From a virus: a stretch of 64,000 nucleotides of DNA. Where the stretch lies: IMG/VR virus record IMGVR_UViG_3300021135_000003. The stretch is one strand, 5' to 3'. Each line of letters starts with the position of its first letter. Position 1 is the first letter of the stretch. A program made the translations under genes and the position numbers. Shown one piece after another: positions 1 to 9,554 of the stretch. The notes below the pieces were generated by a model. The model was not told where the DNA came from. It did not search any database and saw only the letters and a list, made by a program, of their open reading frames with translations.

Positions 1-1908
1 TTCGATCAATTAATAACATCAAAGGAGTCCACTGTATCAGAACAGGTGCATGTGGTAAATATAGACGATGAGTTTATTAAGCAAAAAGGACAGTTCCCGT
101 TCCCTAGAGCAGAATATGCAAAAATTATTGAAGATCTGTATAAACGCAATGCTGGTCTTGTTGTGTTTAATGTTTACATGCCTGATATCGATAGGTTTCT
201 TCAAGATGATATACTTGCTAACACGCTAAAGAAGTATCCAGTAGTACTTCCACATTCAGCAACAACAGATAATATTAAAAATAAGTATCCACCATTCCGT
301 CCAGGTGTTTCGGTTATTGGTGGCTCTGCTGAAACTACAGGAGTGAAGTATAATGCAATTGAACCGAACGTCAAGTTACTTAACAACACTGCTGCTGGGA
401 TTGGCGTTGTTAATACCCTTCCAGAAATCGATGGCGTCACAAGAAGAGTTCCAATGGTCGTCAATTCTGGAGGACAGTTGTTCCCTAGTATTGCTTTGGA
501 GACGTTGCGAGTTGCAAGCGGAGATCCCAGCTTCCAAGTTAAAGTTGGAGAAGGAGGAATCGAAGCAGTCAGAATTCCTAAGTTCGGAAAAATATATACC
601 GATGAACTCGGTAGAATTTGGGTTGATCCAACCAAGCAACCTATTGTACACTCAGCAAGCGTTTTACCAAAAGACTTTAAAGGTGGGATCGTCATCGTCG
701 GACTTACTGCTAAAGGTCTTACAAATCCAGTCGCCATGGCAGGAGGAGCCAGCTATCCGCATTATGTACAAGCATCAGTTTTAGATACAATAACAAGTGG
801 TACTAACATAAGCAGACCAGAGTGGGCTCTGCTTGCCGAGTTAGGATTTATGATTGTGGCAGTCGTCCTTTCAATCTATCTAACGAGGTATACACATGGC
901 TACATCTTCGCAGCGTTATTGGGATTCGCTTCCTATTATGGTGGCATGGAATTATTTCTTCGATCTCAGTATCTACTTGATGCTGTCTTCCCGATTCTTA
1001 CCATTGGCATCTGCAGCTTCCATGGATACATTGTCAAATTCCTTTCAGAACTGCGCCAAAAGCTCCAAATTAAGAAACAGTTCGGAACCTACCTCAGCCC
1101 AGCATTAGTTGCTAAACTACAAAAAAATCCAGAGTTATTAACTCTTGGTGGAGAGCGTAGAGAATTATCAATTATGTTTACTGACGTGCGTGGCTTTACT
1201 TCTATATCAGAACACTATGGTGATGATGTAGAAGGATTGACTGAAATTATGAACAGATATATGACAGCAATGACGTCAAAAATTTTAGAAAACAATGGCA
1301 CATTAGATAAATACATCGGAGATGCCCAAATGGCATTCTGGAATGCGCCACTTGATGAACCACAACACGCCAAGATGGCTTTGAAAACTGCACTACAAAT
1401 GATGGAGAGTTTGGATGAATTTAATACAGAAATCACTAAAGAGAATGTGCCACCTTTTGGCATGGGTCTTGGCATTAATACTGGTTCCGTCATTGTTGGC
1501 AATATGGGTAGCAGCCAGCGTTTCGATTATACTTGTCTTGGGGATTCTGTCAATCTTGCATCCAGACTTGAAGGTCAAAGCAAATCGTATGGTGTTCGAA
1601 TCATTCTTGGACCAGAAACTGCAAGACTTGTTCGGGACGAATACCCTGTTGTAGAACTTGATTGTATTGCCGTAAAGGGTAAGAAGATTGGGGTTAAGAT
1701 TTATACGCCAGCCAAAATAATTAAATACAAACATCAGATGTTCCTTGACGCATACTACTCAGGTGATTGGACAAGAGCCAAAACACTTTGTAGTAAACTG
1801 ATAGAAGAAAAAACCGAGTTGCAACACTACTATGAACTGATGTTAGAACGACTTGAGGAGGGGTTGCCACCGAACTGGGATGGTACCTACCACGCTACGT
1901 CAAAATAA
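1..1908 (+). CDS. CHASE2-domain class III adenylate cyclase (5'-truncated by window edge)
   Basis: Frame open from base 1. CHASE2-like N-part (FPFPRAEYA, PEIDGVTRRVP), 3 TM helices, then cyclase motifs IMFTDVRGFT, LDKYIGDAQMAFW, DYTCLGDSVNLASRLEG. Confidence 0.9.
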   Translation, partial: FDQLITSKESTVSEQVHVVNIDDEFIKQKGQFPFPRAEYAKIIEDLYKRNAGLVVFNVYMPDIDRFLQDDILANTLKKYPVVLPHSATTDNIKNKYPPFRPGVSVIGGSAETTGVKYNAIEPNVKLLNNTAAGIGVVNTLPEIDGVTRRVPMVVNSGGQLFPSIALETLRVASGDPSFQVKVGEGGIEAVRIPKFGKIYTDELGRIWVDPTKQPIVHSASVLPKDFKGGIVIVGLTAKGLTNPVAMAGGASYPHYVQASVLDTITSGTNISRPEWALLAELGFMIVAVVLSIYLTRYTHGYIFAALLGFASYYGGMELFLRSQYLLDAVFPILTIGICSFHGYIVKFLSELRQKLQIKKQFGTYLSPALVAKLQKNPELLTLGGERRELSIMFTDVRGFTSISEHYGDDVEGLTEIMNRYMTAMTSKILENNGTLDKYIGDAQMAFWNAPLDEPQHAKMALKTALQMMESLDEFNTEITKENVPPFGMGLGINTGSVIVGNMGSSQRFDYTCLGDSVNLASRLEGQSKSYGVRIILGPETARLVRDEYPVVELDCIAVKGKKIGVKIYTPAKIIKYKHQMFLDAYYSGDWTRAKTLCSKLIEEKTELQHYYELMLERLEEGLPPNWDGTYHATSK

Positions 1909-1916
1909 CCTTTCTA

Positions 1917-1929
1917 AATCAATAACTTA
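1917..1929 (+). promoter_or_regulatory. IHF-consensus site
   Basis: AATCAATAACTTA fits WATCAANNNNTTR. The same 20-mer recurs inverted at 23477-23496. Confidence 0.5.
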
Positions 1930-1932
1930 CGA

Positions 1933-1997
1933 TAACCCTACTTTTTGTAGGGTTTTTCAACATTTCGCTTTACTTTAATGCAGAAATGGGGTATAAT
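1933..1997 (+). promoter_or_regulatory. Stem-loop plus sigma70-type early promoter cassette
   Basis: AACCCTAC-N5-GTAGGGTT (1934-1954), then TTTACT (1969-74), 17 bp, TATAAT (1992-97). Confidence 0.8.
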
Positions 1998-2029
1998 AGT
2001 TGTATAAATGATAAAAAAGTGAGGTTATT

Positions 2030-2182
2030 ATGGCTGCAATGAAAGAACTTTGGGAAGAAATAAACTATCTTCTTGACACTACTAAGTTTTCTTGCGAAGA
2101 AATCGCAAATGCTCTTAAGTGTCCTGTTGAGTTTGTGAATGAAATTGTTGAACAGCGTTGGAATGAAAGGATTGCTGCATGA
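2030..2182 (+). CDS. Small hypothetical protein (50 aa, not in ORF track)
   Basis: GAGG RBS; MAAMKELWEEINYLLDTTKFSCEEIANALKCPVEFVNEIVEQRWNERIAA; stop overlaps next start. Confidence 0.7.
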   Translation: MAAMKELWEEINYLLDTTKFSCEEIANALKCPVEFVNEIVEQRWNERIAA

Positions 2183-2418
2183 AAATGACATATGCTGAAA
2201 AAAGAGAAGAAATTAAATTGTTCGATCAAGAACATGGTTCTTTCTTTGATCGTGGTTCTGCGGATTCATATTATGGTCGCCCTCGTGACCCCCATCGTGG
2301 TGGCGTAGGTGGCATTTCTGGTCCAAGGATTGATGCAACTCATCTATCCGACATTCATGCCTACAATGCTGGTTATGATTTTAATGAAGAATATGGTGAT
2401 AAAAAGAACTATGAATAA
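2179..2418 (+). CDS. Conserved phage hypothetical protein
   Basis: HGSFFDRGSADSYYGR motif; coupled ORF. Confidence 0.7.
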   Translation: MKMTYAEKREEIKLFDQEHGSFFDRGSADSYYGRPRDPHRGGVGGISGPRIDATHLSDIHAYNAGYDFNEEYGDKKNYE

Positions 2419-2713
2419 ATTTATGAAAATGAAACAACTGAATGAAGCGAATCAAGAAATCCTCTTGATTGCGCAAGAAGAATGTGCTGAGGTTACTCAA
2501 GCCATTAGTAAAGTATTTCGGTTCGGGATGGAAGATCACCATAATGGTGTTTCAAATCGTGAACACTTAGAAGAAGAACTTGGTGACTTAATGTGTATGA
2601 TTGACCTACTGATTGATTCAGGTATGGTCAGTGAATCTGCAGTGATGACTGCAAAACATGAGAAGTTGAATAAACTCCAAACGTGGACAAACATTTTTAA
2701 GGATGCAGCATGA
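2411..2713 (+). CDS. MazG-like NTP pyrophosphohydrolase
   Basis: QEECAEV...LEEELGDL acidic motifs. Confidence 0.75.
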   Translation: MNKFMKMKQLNEANQEILLIAQEECAEVTQAISKVFRFGMEDHHNGVSNREHLEEELGDLMCMIDLLIDSGMVSESAVMTAKHEKLNKLQTWTNIFKDAA

Positions 2714-2949
2714 AAGGTTTGATTACTAATGATTGGGATCGCGATAATCTCAATTTCTTGTTGAATACCAAAGGTGATGATTTTACCGCATTTTGGGAAC
2801 AGTCAGATGAAGATGACAAAAGATATGCACAAGAATTGCTTGATGCATATTCTCGTGAACTAAAGTTACGTTCAGAAGAGTTAGAAATTGAAGCAATGTT
2901 AGTTGATACAACTAATGCAAAAGAACTATTAAAGAAATTTGCTTTGTAA
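2710..2949 (+). CDS. Hypothetical protein
   Basis: ATGA-coupled ORF. Confidence 0.65.
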   Translation: MKGLITNDWDRDNLNFLLNTKGDDFTAFWEQSDEDDKRYAQELLDAYSRELKLRSEELEIEAMLVDTTNAKELLKKFAL

Positions 2950-2958
2950 GAGGAAAAC

Positions 2959-3102
2959 GTGTATAATAAACCTATGAGACCTAGAAATCCAGTAGCAAAG
3001 GATTTAAGAACACCAAAGTACCGTATGCGTACTGTGGAGTCCAAGGTCAAGTATATACGTAACCCAAAACACAGAAAGGCTGATCATGGACTTGGAGTAT
3101 GA
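2959..3102 (+). CDS. Small basic ArfA-like peptide (47 aa, not in ORF track)
   Basis: GAGG RBS, GTG start. NPVAKDLRTPKYRMRTVESKVKYIRNPKH resembles the ArfA pattern N..L..P.FR.R...Y.RK.KH. Confidence 0.5.
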   Translation: MYNKPMRPRNPVAKDLRTPKYRMRTVESKVKYIRNPKHRKADHGLGV

Positions 3103-3331
3103 ACTATACCGAGCAGGTTTAACACGAACAATTAAAATCAAGAGCCATGCTTATGATTTGATTGAGTTTACTATTAAACAAAAATTGGTAAACGAAGAGG
3201 GGAAAGAAATTGCCAATAATGGTCATACCTCTTTCTTTGAAACAAAAGAATTCGTTGAGTTCTTTTCACCTATTATTAATGAAATGAAAGTGAGATTAGA
3301 TAATGGTATTCCAAACAGTATTCAAGAATGA
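3086..3331 (+). CDS. Hypothetical protein
   Basis: ORF in co-directional run. Confidence 0.6.
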   Translation: MDLEYELYRAGLTRTIKIKSHAYDLIEFTIKQKLVNEEGKEIANNGHTSFFETKEFVEFFSPIINEMKVRLDNGIPNSIQE

Positions 3332-3605
3332 TAAAGAATTTGAAGAATTTAAAACATGGACACTCGGAGTTCTCCACGATGAACACATCAAAGATCTGTG
3401 CGTTACTTTTACCAAAAAAGATGGTACCGAAAGAGCAATGCAATGTACGCTCGTTGAGGGAAGAATACCTACAGACAAGATCCCAAAGACCACAGGTTCG
3501 CCTACCACGTCTGATGGATCCGCAGTTCGTGTCTTTGACACCGAAAAATCCGAGTGGAGATCTTTCCGCTGGGAATCCGTAACTAAAGTGGAGTTTACAC
3601 TATGA
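3303..3605 (+). CDS. WYL_2/SH3-like beta-barrel protein
   Basis: VTFTKKDGTERAMQCTL...VFDTEKSEWRSFRWESV. Confidence 0.75.
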   Translation: MVFQTVFKNDKEFEEFKTWTLGVLHDEHIKDLCVTFTKKDGTERAMQCTLVEGRIPTDKIPKTTGSPTTSDGSAVRVFDTEKSEWRSFRWESVTKVEFTL

Positions 3606-3790
3606 TTAAATTGATTTTGCTTTTGTCTTTTGCCGTGTTCATGGTTATCATTGGACCATGCGCCACCATTTGGGCTTTGAACACACTATTCCCATCACTT
3701 AATATTGTATTAAGTTTTGATACTTGGGCTGCAGCGTTGATTCTCGGTGCAGTAGTTAGTGGTCAAGGTCTTTCATTCTCTTCAAAATAA
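3602..3790 (+). CDS. Small membrane protein
   Basis: Two hydrophobic segments. Confidence 0.65.
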   Translation: MIKLILLLSFAVFMVIIGPCATIWALNTLFPSLNIVLSFDTWAAALILGAVVSGQGLSFSSK

Positions 3791-3799
3791 GGATATAAC

Positions 3800-4936
3800 A
3801 TGGCAGTGAATACAGCAAAACGTAGGGCAGCAACTGCGAAAGCAGAAGCGTTCATGAAAGGTGATGAGCGAGTACTCTCACAAGATAATTATATGCGTGA
3901 CTTGCTGCATTCACTGAACTATTATAATTCTAACACAGATGATAAAGATAAAAAGAAGTGGTTCATCAGCCATTATGCTAAGATTGATAAGAAAGTAGCG
4001 GTAGAACTTCTTAAAGTTGATGAATACCATTTCCGTACTCCAGGTATCCTTGCTCGACTAATTGATCTTGGATCTGAACTACAACAAGCTGAGATAAATC
4101 ATTATAACGCAGGTGTTGAGAAGTTACTCAGCCAAATTAAAGTGCGTCAAAAATCTCAAGACAAACAAGATAAGAAAGATGCTGCAGCAGCAAAAGAAGC
4201 GAGCCCATCTAATGTAATATCAATTCAACAAAGAATGGAAGAAAAGGCTCATGACTTGGCTGGCGAGATTGAAGGTGCAATTGATGACTTTGTTCTCGGT
4301 GGTTGCAAATCAGAATTTTCAACAAAGAATTATTTGTTGGCGAATCAAGTGGCTGGACCGATTGCTAAACGCATTGGAGAGTTGTTTGTCGATACTGCCA
4401 AAGAAATTAGAGAAGCGATTGAAGGCGAAGATGAACAACTGGTAGAAGGTTATTCGCATTTTAATAAACGTGAACTCAAGAAGTTCGCTGAGTTTGTTGA
4501 AGGTATTATTTCTGACTGTCAACAAATGGTTCAGACTGCAAAAGCCAATCGTGCTCCACGTAAACGCAAGGAAGTTTCTCCAACTAAGCAAGTTGCAAAG
4601 ATGAAGTACCTCAAAGAGTTCGCTGAATTAAATTTGAAATCTGTTAATCCAACAGGTATAATTGGTTCTAGTGAGGTATGGTTCTATAATACTAAGTATC
4701 GTCGTGTTGGTGTTTATCGAGCAGAGAATGGTACTGTCTCAGTTAAAGGAACTACTATCATTGGCTTTGATATTAAAGAATCTAAAGCGTTTACGCTACG
4801 TAAACCAGAGGAATTTTTTAAGGGACTTGCTATGGGTAAACGTGCTTTGACTAATGCTTTAAAAACTCTTAAGACTAAACCTTCTCAACCAAATGGACGT
4901 ATTAATGAGGAAACTATTATCCTCGGAGCATTTTAA
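3800..4936 (+). CDS. Conserved T4-like phage hypothetical protein
   Basis: 378 aa, AGGA RBS, C-terminal KPSQPNGRINEETIIL motif typical of this family upstream of rnh. Confidence 0.7.
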   Translation: MAVNTAKRRAATAKAEAFMKGDERVLSQDNYMRDLLHSLNYYNSNTDDKDKKKWFISHYAKIDKKVAVELLKVDEYHFRTPGILARLIDLGSELQQAEINHYNAGVEKLLSQIKVRQKSQDKQDKKDAAAAKEASPSNVISIQQRMEEKAHDLAGEIEGAIDDFVLGGCKSEFSTKNYLLANQVAGPIAKRIGELFVDTAKEIREAIEGEDEQLVEGYSHFNKRELKKFAEFVEGIISDCQQMVQTAKANRAPRKRKEVSPTKQVAKMKYLKEFAELNLKSVNPTGIIGSSEVWFYNTKYRRVGVYRAENGTVSVKGTTIIGFDIKESKAFTLRKPEEFFKGLAMGKRALTNALKTLKTKPSQPNGRINEETIILGAF

Positions 4937-5592
4937 TGGAATTTAATTATATAGAAGACGGTATTGATGCAGTTGTTATCGATAACTTCTATACTGAAGA
5001 ACAACTCAAAGAAATTATGCTTGAGTTAAAGTGGTTGACTAAACCAGCAATTTTGCATGGTCCAGATAAACTTGCTTCTGCGAGGGATACGTCAACTAAT
5101 GAAATTGCTACATCTAAGAAAGGTATATTTCTAGAAGAAGTATATAAAGATTGGAGACATTCTGCGTTAATTAGCCATCCAATGGCTAATTTTTCAAAAC
5201 CTGAAGTAAGAAATAAATTGCTTGAGTTTAATTCTTTATTTAAAATTTTATATCATTGTGATAGCAGAACGCATTTGTTATCATATTATGAGAATTCAGA
5301 TTACTATAAACCCCATGTTGATGTAACTGTTTTCACAATACTAAATTATTTCTTTAATGAACCACGTAAATTTTCTGGTGGAAATATAAAACTTTTTTCT
5401 GAAACTTCAAATAAGCAAGCAGAAATTGAACTTAAAAATAATAGAGTTATTTTGCTTGCTGGATGTACTGCTCATGAGGTAACAGAAATTAAATCAGAAC
5501 TCAATAATAGTTTGAGTGGTGATGGTAGATATTGTAATGCAATTTTTCAAACATTACGTGGGGATCCTCCTCAACAACCGAAAGATAGATAA
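4936..5592 (+). CDS. 2OG-Fe(II) oxygenase (prolyl-hydroxylase-like)
   Basis: YYKPHVD (HxD), FSGG, distal H in AHEV, GRY. Confidence 0.8.
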   Translation: MEFNYIEDGIDAVVIDNFYTEEQLKEIMLELKWLTKPAILHGPDKLASARDTSTNEIATSKKGIFLEEVYKDWRHSALISHPMANFSKPEVRNKLLEFNSLFKILYHCDSRTHLLSYYENSDYYKPHVDVTVFTILNYFFNEPRKFSGGNIKLFSETSNKQAEIELKNNRVILLAGCTAHEVTEIKSELNNSLSGDGRYCNAIFQTLRGDPPQQPKDR

Positions 5593-6485
5593 TGATTCTA
5601 ATTGATTATTCACAGGTTGCTCTTGCAGCCATTTTGACATTCCAACGTGAGTTGAAGGGTACTGAGTCTGAGATTAAGAATCTCATTCGTCACGTAACTT
5701 TATCTACAATTAAATCATATAAGAAAAAGTATGGCAAAGAATATGGTGATGTAGTTATCTGTTGTGATGGGCGTAAATACTGGCGCAAAGAATTCTTTGA
5801 ATATTACAAAGGTATGCGCAAGAGCAATCGTGAGAAATCTGATCTAGACTGGGGATTGATCTTTGATACATTATCAGAGATGCGAACTGACCTTGCTACA
5901 TATTTCCCATATAAAGTTATTCACGTTGATCGCGCAGAAGCTGATGATATTGTTGCTGTTCTCACAAAGTACGCACAAGAAAATGAATTGGTTCAAGAGG
6001 GTTTGATTGAAGAGTCTCAAAAGATTCTTATTCTTTCTTCTGACAAAGACTTTAAACAATTACAACTATATCCAAATGTCAAGCAATGGTCTCCGATGCA
6101 GAAAAAATATATCACTGCAACTAAACAAGAAATCATTGAACATAAGATTGAACATATCGTAAAGGGTGATGCTGGCGATGGAGTGCCAAACATTCTAAGC
6201 AAAGACGATGTTTTTATGGTTGGTGAACGTCAAAAACCTATGAGCGCAAAACGTCTTCAAGAATTCTTTGATAATGGTTTTATTGCTTGTAAGAGTGATG
6301 AGGAACGTCGCAACTGGCAACGTAACGCAACTCTAGTTGACTTTGATTTTATTCCAGAAGATGTTTCAAAAACTATTATTGACACATACCTAAATACTAA
6401 ACCGACAGGTGATAAGATGGCGATTATGAATTATCTAATCGAAAACAAATGTCGTTTATTGTTAGATGAACTAGAGGACTTTTAA
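5592..6485 (+). CDS. rnh: T4-type RNase H / 5'-3' exonuclease
   Basis: MILIDYSQ, YWRK...YYKGMRK, EADDIVA, SSDKDFKQL, KGDAGDGVPNILS. Confidence 0.92.
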   Translation: MILIDYSQVALAAILTFQRELKGTESEIKNLIRHVTLSTIKSYKKKYGKEYGDVVICCDGRKYWRKEFFEYYKGMRKSNREKSDLDWGLIFDTLSEMRTDLATYFPYKVIHVDRAEADDIVAVLTKYAQENELVQEGLIEESQKILILSSDKDFKQLQLYPNVKQWSPMQKKYITATKQEIIEHKIEHIVKGDAGDGVPNILSKDDVFMVGERQKPMSAKRLQEFFDNGFIACKSDEERRNWQRNATLVDFDFIPEDVSKTIIDTYLNTKPTGDKMAIMNYLIENKCRLLLDELEDF

Positions 6486-6486
6486 T

Positions 6487-6918
6487 ATGCGTAAATATGT
6501 AACTCAAATGCTTGAGGAGATCCAAAAAGATCCAAAGTGTATTGATGGGTATAAGGGTGATGCTGTTCTTAAATTAATTTTTGAATATGCATTTATTGAA
6601 GAAAAGAAAATGATTCTTCCTGAAGGTACACCACCTTTTAAACCTGCAGCCGAACCATTGGGTATGACACCAACTAATCTATTCAGCGAAATGCGTAGAT
6701 TATATGTTTTCTGTCGAGAAGATTTGACAAAACTAAAGCGTGAGGGATTGTTTATCTCTATGCTTGAAGGTTGTCATCCTACTGAAGCAGAAGTCTTGAT
6801 TGCAGTTAAAGACCAGACACTACATAAAAAATATCCAAAGATCACACGAAAATTGGTAACTGATGCTGGGTTTATTCCACCAGTTGAGAAGAAAGCCAAA
6901 GAAAGTGCGACATCTTGA
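6487..6918 (+). CDS. Conserved hypothetical protein downstream of rnh
   Basis: LPEGTPPFKP...KREGLFISMLEG motif of T4-like phages. Confidence 0.7.
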   Translation: MRKYVTQMLEEIQKDPKCIDGYKGDAVLKLIFEYAFIEEKKMILPEGTPPFKPAAEPLGMTPTNLFSEMRRLYVFCREDLTKLKREGLFISMLEGCHPTEAEVLIAVKDQTLHKKYPKITRKLVTDAGFIPPVEKKAKESATS

Positions 6919-7123
6919 AGACGAAGACAGAGACTTTATTTTATTCCTTTTAAGTTTAGAAGAGGATGAGTTCAAAATGATACTCAACTCTATGACTGAA
7001 CCTGAAGCCATGATAGTATTAAACAATATCCAACTAGCAAGAGAAGAATTGTTTGATGATATGATGGAGAAAGAAGGAATGAAAGCAGCAGCGGAAGTTA
7101 TCAACAAAATCAAAAACCTTTAA
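6905..7123 (+). CDS. Hypothetical acidic protein
   Basis: ORF filling the gap; start uncertain (GTG). Confidence 0.55.
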   Translation: MRHLEDEDRDFILFLLSLEEDEFKMILNSMTEPEAMIVLNNIQLAREELFDDMMEKEGMKAAAEVINKIKNL

Positions 7124-7139
7124 TTATGGAGTTTATATT

Positions 7140-7892
7140 ATGCCTAATTGGTGTGACAATACATTAACAATTACCCATCCAGATAAATCTAAGATTGATG
7201 CTATAGAAGCAAATCTTAAAAGCGATAACATTCAAATATTCAACACCATTTATCCTAATCCAAGTGGAGAGTGGGATTATGAATGGTCAGTTAATAATTG
7301 GGGTACCAAATGGGATGCTATGATTCATGACTGGGAACGACAAGATGATAATACTATTTGGGTATCTTTTGATTCTGCTTGGTCACCACCATTAGCACTC
7401 TATGAGTTTATGGAAGAAAACGGATATACTGTTGAAGCAATATATTGGGAGCCTGGGATGGGTTTCTGTGGTCGTTTTGCTGATGGTTATGATGACTTCT
7501 ATGAATATGACATTAGCGATCGCGATTCATTAGAAAATCTACCAGATGAACTGTTAGACTTCACTGATCTAATTGGTCGCCATGAAGATTGGGTCGCTGA
7601 AGAAGAAGCTGATCGTGAGCGTGAAGAATATGAAGCCACTGTTACTGAGTGGTATCCTGTTGAAACTAATCCCCATTACGTAGGTTTCTATGAGACAAAA
7701 GAAGAAGGCAACTGGCCATTCTATAAATTTGCTCATTGGAATGGCAAGAAATGGACTGTTGATGGTAAGAAACCAAAGTTCAAAATTTCAGGCTGGCGTG
7801 GTTTGAATGAAGATCCAGCAATTCTTACTAATGAAAATGTTGACGATATGCTACAGAACATGATGAAAGATATGGGATTCGAAAAGGTATAA
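7140..7892 (+). CDS. DUF1281/YubB ferredoxin-like domain protein
   Basis: MPNWCDNTL, WYxW..NNWGTKWD, FDSAWSPP, YWEPGMGFCG. Confidence 0.75.
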   Translation: MPNWCDNTLTITHPDKSKIDAIEANLKSDNIQIFNTIYPNPSGEWDYEWSVNNWGTKWDAMIHDWERQDDNTIWVSFDSAWSPPLALYEFMEENGYTVEAIYWEPGMGFCGRFADGYDDFYEYDISDRDSLENLPDELLDFTDLIGRHEDWVAEEEADREREEYEATVTEWYPVETNPHYVGFYETKEEGNWPFYKFAHWNGKKWTVDGKKPKFKISGWRGLNEDPAILTNENVDDMLQNMMKDMGFEKV

Positions 7893-7894
7893 TA

Positions 7895-8650
7895 ATGTTT
7901 TGGATTAAACCAAGCACAATTAATGTGGATTGTTTTACAGCAGATGAGATTGTTTATAATAATTTCAAAATTGATAGAGCACGAGAATTTTTACCAAGTT
8001 GGTGGAAAAATCTTCCAAACAATAAAAAGATAAAAGCAAACCAAGATCCAAGTTCTAATTTAACTATTAATCAGTTAAATTTAAAACATTGCAATGGTTT
8101 TAGAGATTTATTTGCAGAAGGTTTTATATTTCCTTCATGGCTTGATTGTCAGATAGAAATGCTTGATGACAATAAATTTTATATCTCAGGACATGTTGTA
8201 CCAACAGTTAATGTTGAAGTTGGATACCATGGTAGAGATCAAACTGGTTATGAAATATATCCTGATTGTGCTCAATTAAAATTAATTTCTCCATGGTTCT
8301 TTGAAGAAAAGAGTGGAGTAAAATTTAGTTGGAATCAATGCATGTGGAATAACACATCATACCTTAATGATATGCATATACTTCCAGCAGTTATAGATTA
8401 TAAAACTCAAAAAACAACTAACATAAGCGTCTTTATTAAAAAGAAATGTATCGTTAAATTAAATGCGGGAGATCCATTAATCCACATCATACCACTATCT
8501 GACAAAAAAGTAAAAATTACAAATCATCTTTTAAGTAGAGAAGACTTCGTTAAAAGATACAGTGTTGAGATGAATGCAGGAAATTACAGGAATGTTAAAA
8601 AAGTGAAAGCACCAGTTGAAAAGAAATGTCCTTTTGGGTTTGGCCGATGA
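7895..8650 (+). CDS. Hypothetical protein (DUF6065/dUTPase-fold-like)
   Basis: LPSWWK, KHCNG, AGDPLIHIIP, C-terminal CPFGFG. Confidence 0.5.
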   Translation: MFWIKPSTINVDCFTADEIVYNNFKIDRAREFLPSWWKNLPNNKKIKANQDPSSNLTINQLNLKHCNGFRDLFAEGFIFPSWLDCQIEMLDDNKFYISGHVVPTVNVEVGYHGRDQTGYEIYPDCAQLKLISPWFFEEKSGVKFSWNQCMWNNTSYLNDMHILPAVIDYKTQKTTNISVFIKKKCIVKLNAGDPLIHIIPLSDKKVKITNHLLSREDFVKRYSVEMNAGNYRNVKKVKAPVEKKCPFGFGR

Positions 8651-9117
8651 AACAAAAATGGATTGATGCATTTATGGACACAGCTGAACGATTTGCTCAG
8701 CTTTCTAGTGCACAGCGATTGCATGTTGGTGCAGTTGTGGTTAAAGATAATCGTATTATCTCTATTGGTTATAATGGAATGCCATCTGGTTGGACTAATG
8801 AATGTGAAACTAAGATCTATTGTGATGATGGAGATTGGAGAGAACAAACCGACAAACTCCATGATGAGTGGATAACATATAAATTGGTAACGAAAGATGA
8901 GGTTATTCATGCTGAAGCAAATGCTATACTCAAGTTGGCTCGTGATGGGGAGAGCGGAAATGGCAGTAGTCTATTTTGCACTCATGCTCCTTGTATACAC
9001 TGCGCTAAATTAATTCATGGAGCAGGTATAACTAAAGTTTACTATCGAGAATCATACCGAGATACTCTCGGTTTGGATTTCTTACAGAAATGCAATATTG
9101 AAGTCAAAAAGACTTGA
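8647..9117 (+). CDS. cd: dCMP deaminase
   Basis: VGAVVVKD.RIISIGYNG, HAEANA, PCIHC zinc motifs. Confidence 0.92.
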   Translation: MKQKWIDAFMDTAERFAQLSSAQRLHVGAVVVKDNRIISIGYNGMPSGWTNECETKIYCDDGDWREQTDKLHDEWITYKLVTKDEVIHAEANAILKLARDGESGNGSSLFCTHAPCIHCAKLIHGAGITKVYYRESYRDTLGLDFLQKCNIEVKKT

Positions 9118-9142
9118 CTTTAATTAATAAATAGAGTATAAT
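9114..9142 (+). promoter_or_regulatory. Sigma70-type promoter
   Basis: TTGACT-17-TATAAT. Confidence 0.75.
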
Positions 9143-9167
9143 AGGTCTAACAATAGGAATTAATGCT

Positions 9168-9467
9168 ATGAAAAAGATCGCTCTAAGTTTAATGTTTCTT
9201 GCAGTTGCAGGAAGTGCAACTGCACATGGCTACTATCGAGGTGGTGGATATTGGGTTGCTCCAGCAATAGTTGGTGGGATCGTAGGTTATGAACTTGGTC
9301 GCCCACGTTACGTGTATGAAGCACCACCAGTAGTAATTCAACAACCAGTTATTGTTCAACAACCACAAGTGATTTATCAACAACAACCAGTGCAAGTTTG
9401 TGAACAAAAAACATTTCAACAACAAAATGGTCAAATAGTTTCTGGTAACTTCTGTTATCTGAAATAA
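9168..9467 (+). CDS. Secreted Pro/Gln-rich glycine-zipper-like protein
   Basis: Signal peptide MKKIALSLMFLAVAGSATA, IVGGIVG, QQP repeats. Confidence 0.7.
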   Translation: MKKIALSLMFLAVAGSATAHGYYRGGGYWVAPAIVGGIVGYELGRPRYVYEAPPVVIQQPVIVQQPQVIYQQQPVQVCEQKTFQQQNGQIVSGNFCYLK

Positions 9468-9484
9468 TTTTCCTATATATTATA

Positions 9485-9548
9485 TAACCCTACGAAATGT
9501 AAGGTTATTAAAATTTCGCTTTACTTTAATCAAAAACTGTAGTATAAT
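9485..9548 (+). promoter_or_regulatory. Stem-loop plus promoter driving the tRNA-array leader
   Basis: TAACCCTAC..GTAAGGTTA; TTTACT 9520-25, 17 bp, TATAAT 9543-48. Confidence 0.85.
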
Positions 9549-9554
9549 CAATCT

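Noticed and set aside
201-1734. Alternative-frame and antisense ORFs inside the cyclase and other long genes
   Set aside because: Shadows of well-supported genes, with no motifs or RBS.
1934-1954. Cassette palindrome as a CRP site linked to the adenylate cyclase
   Set aside because: It does not resemble TGTGA-N6-TCACA.
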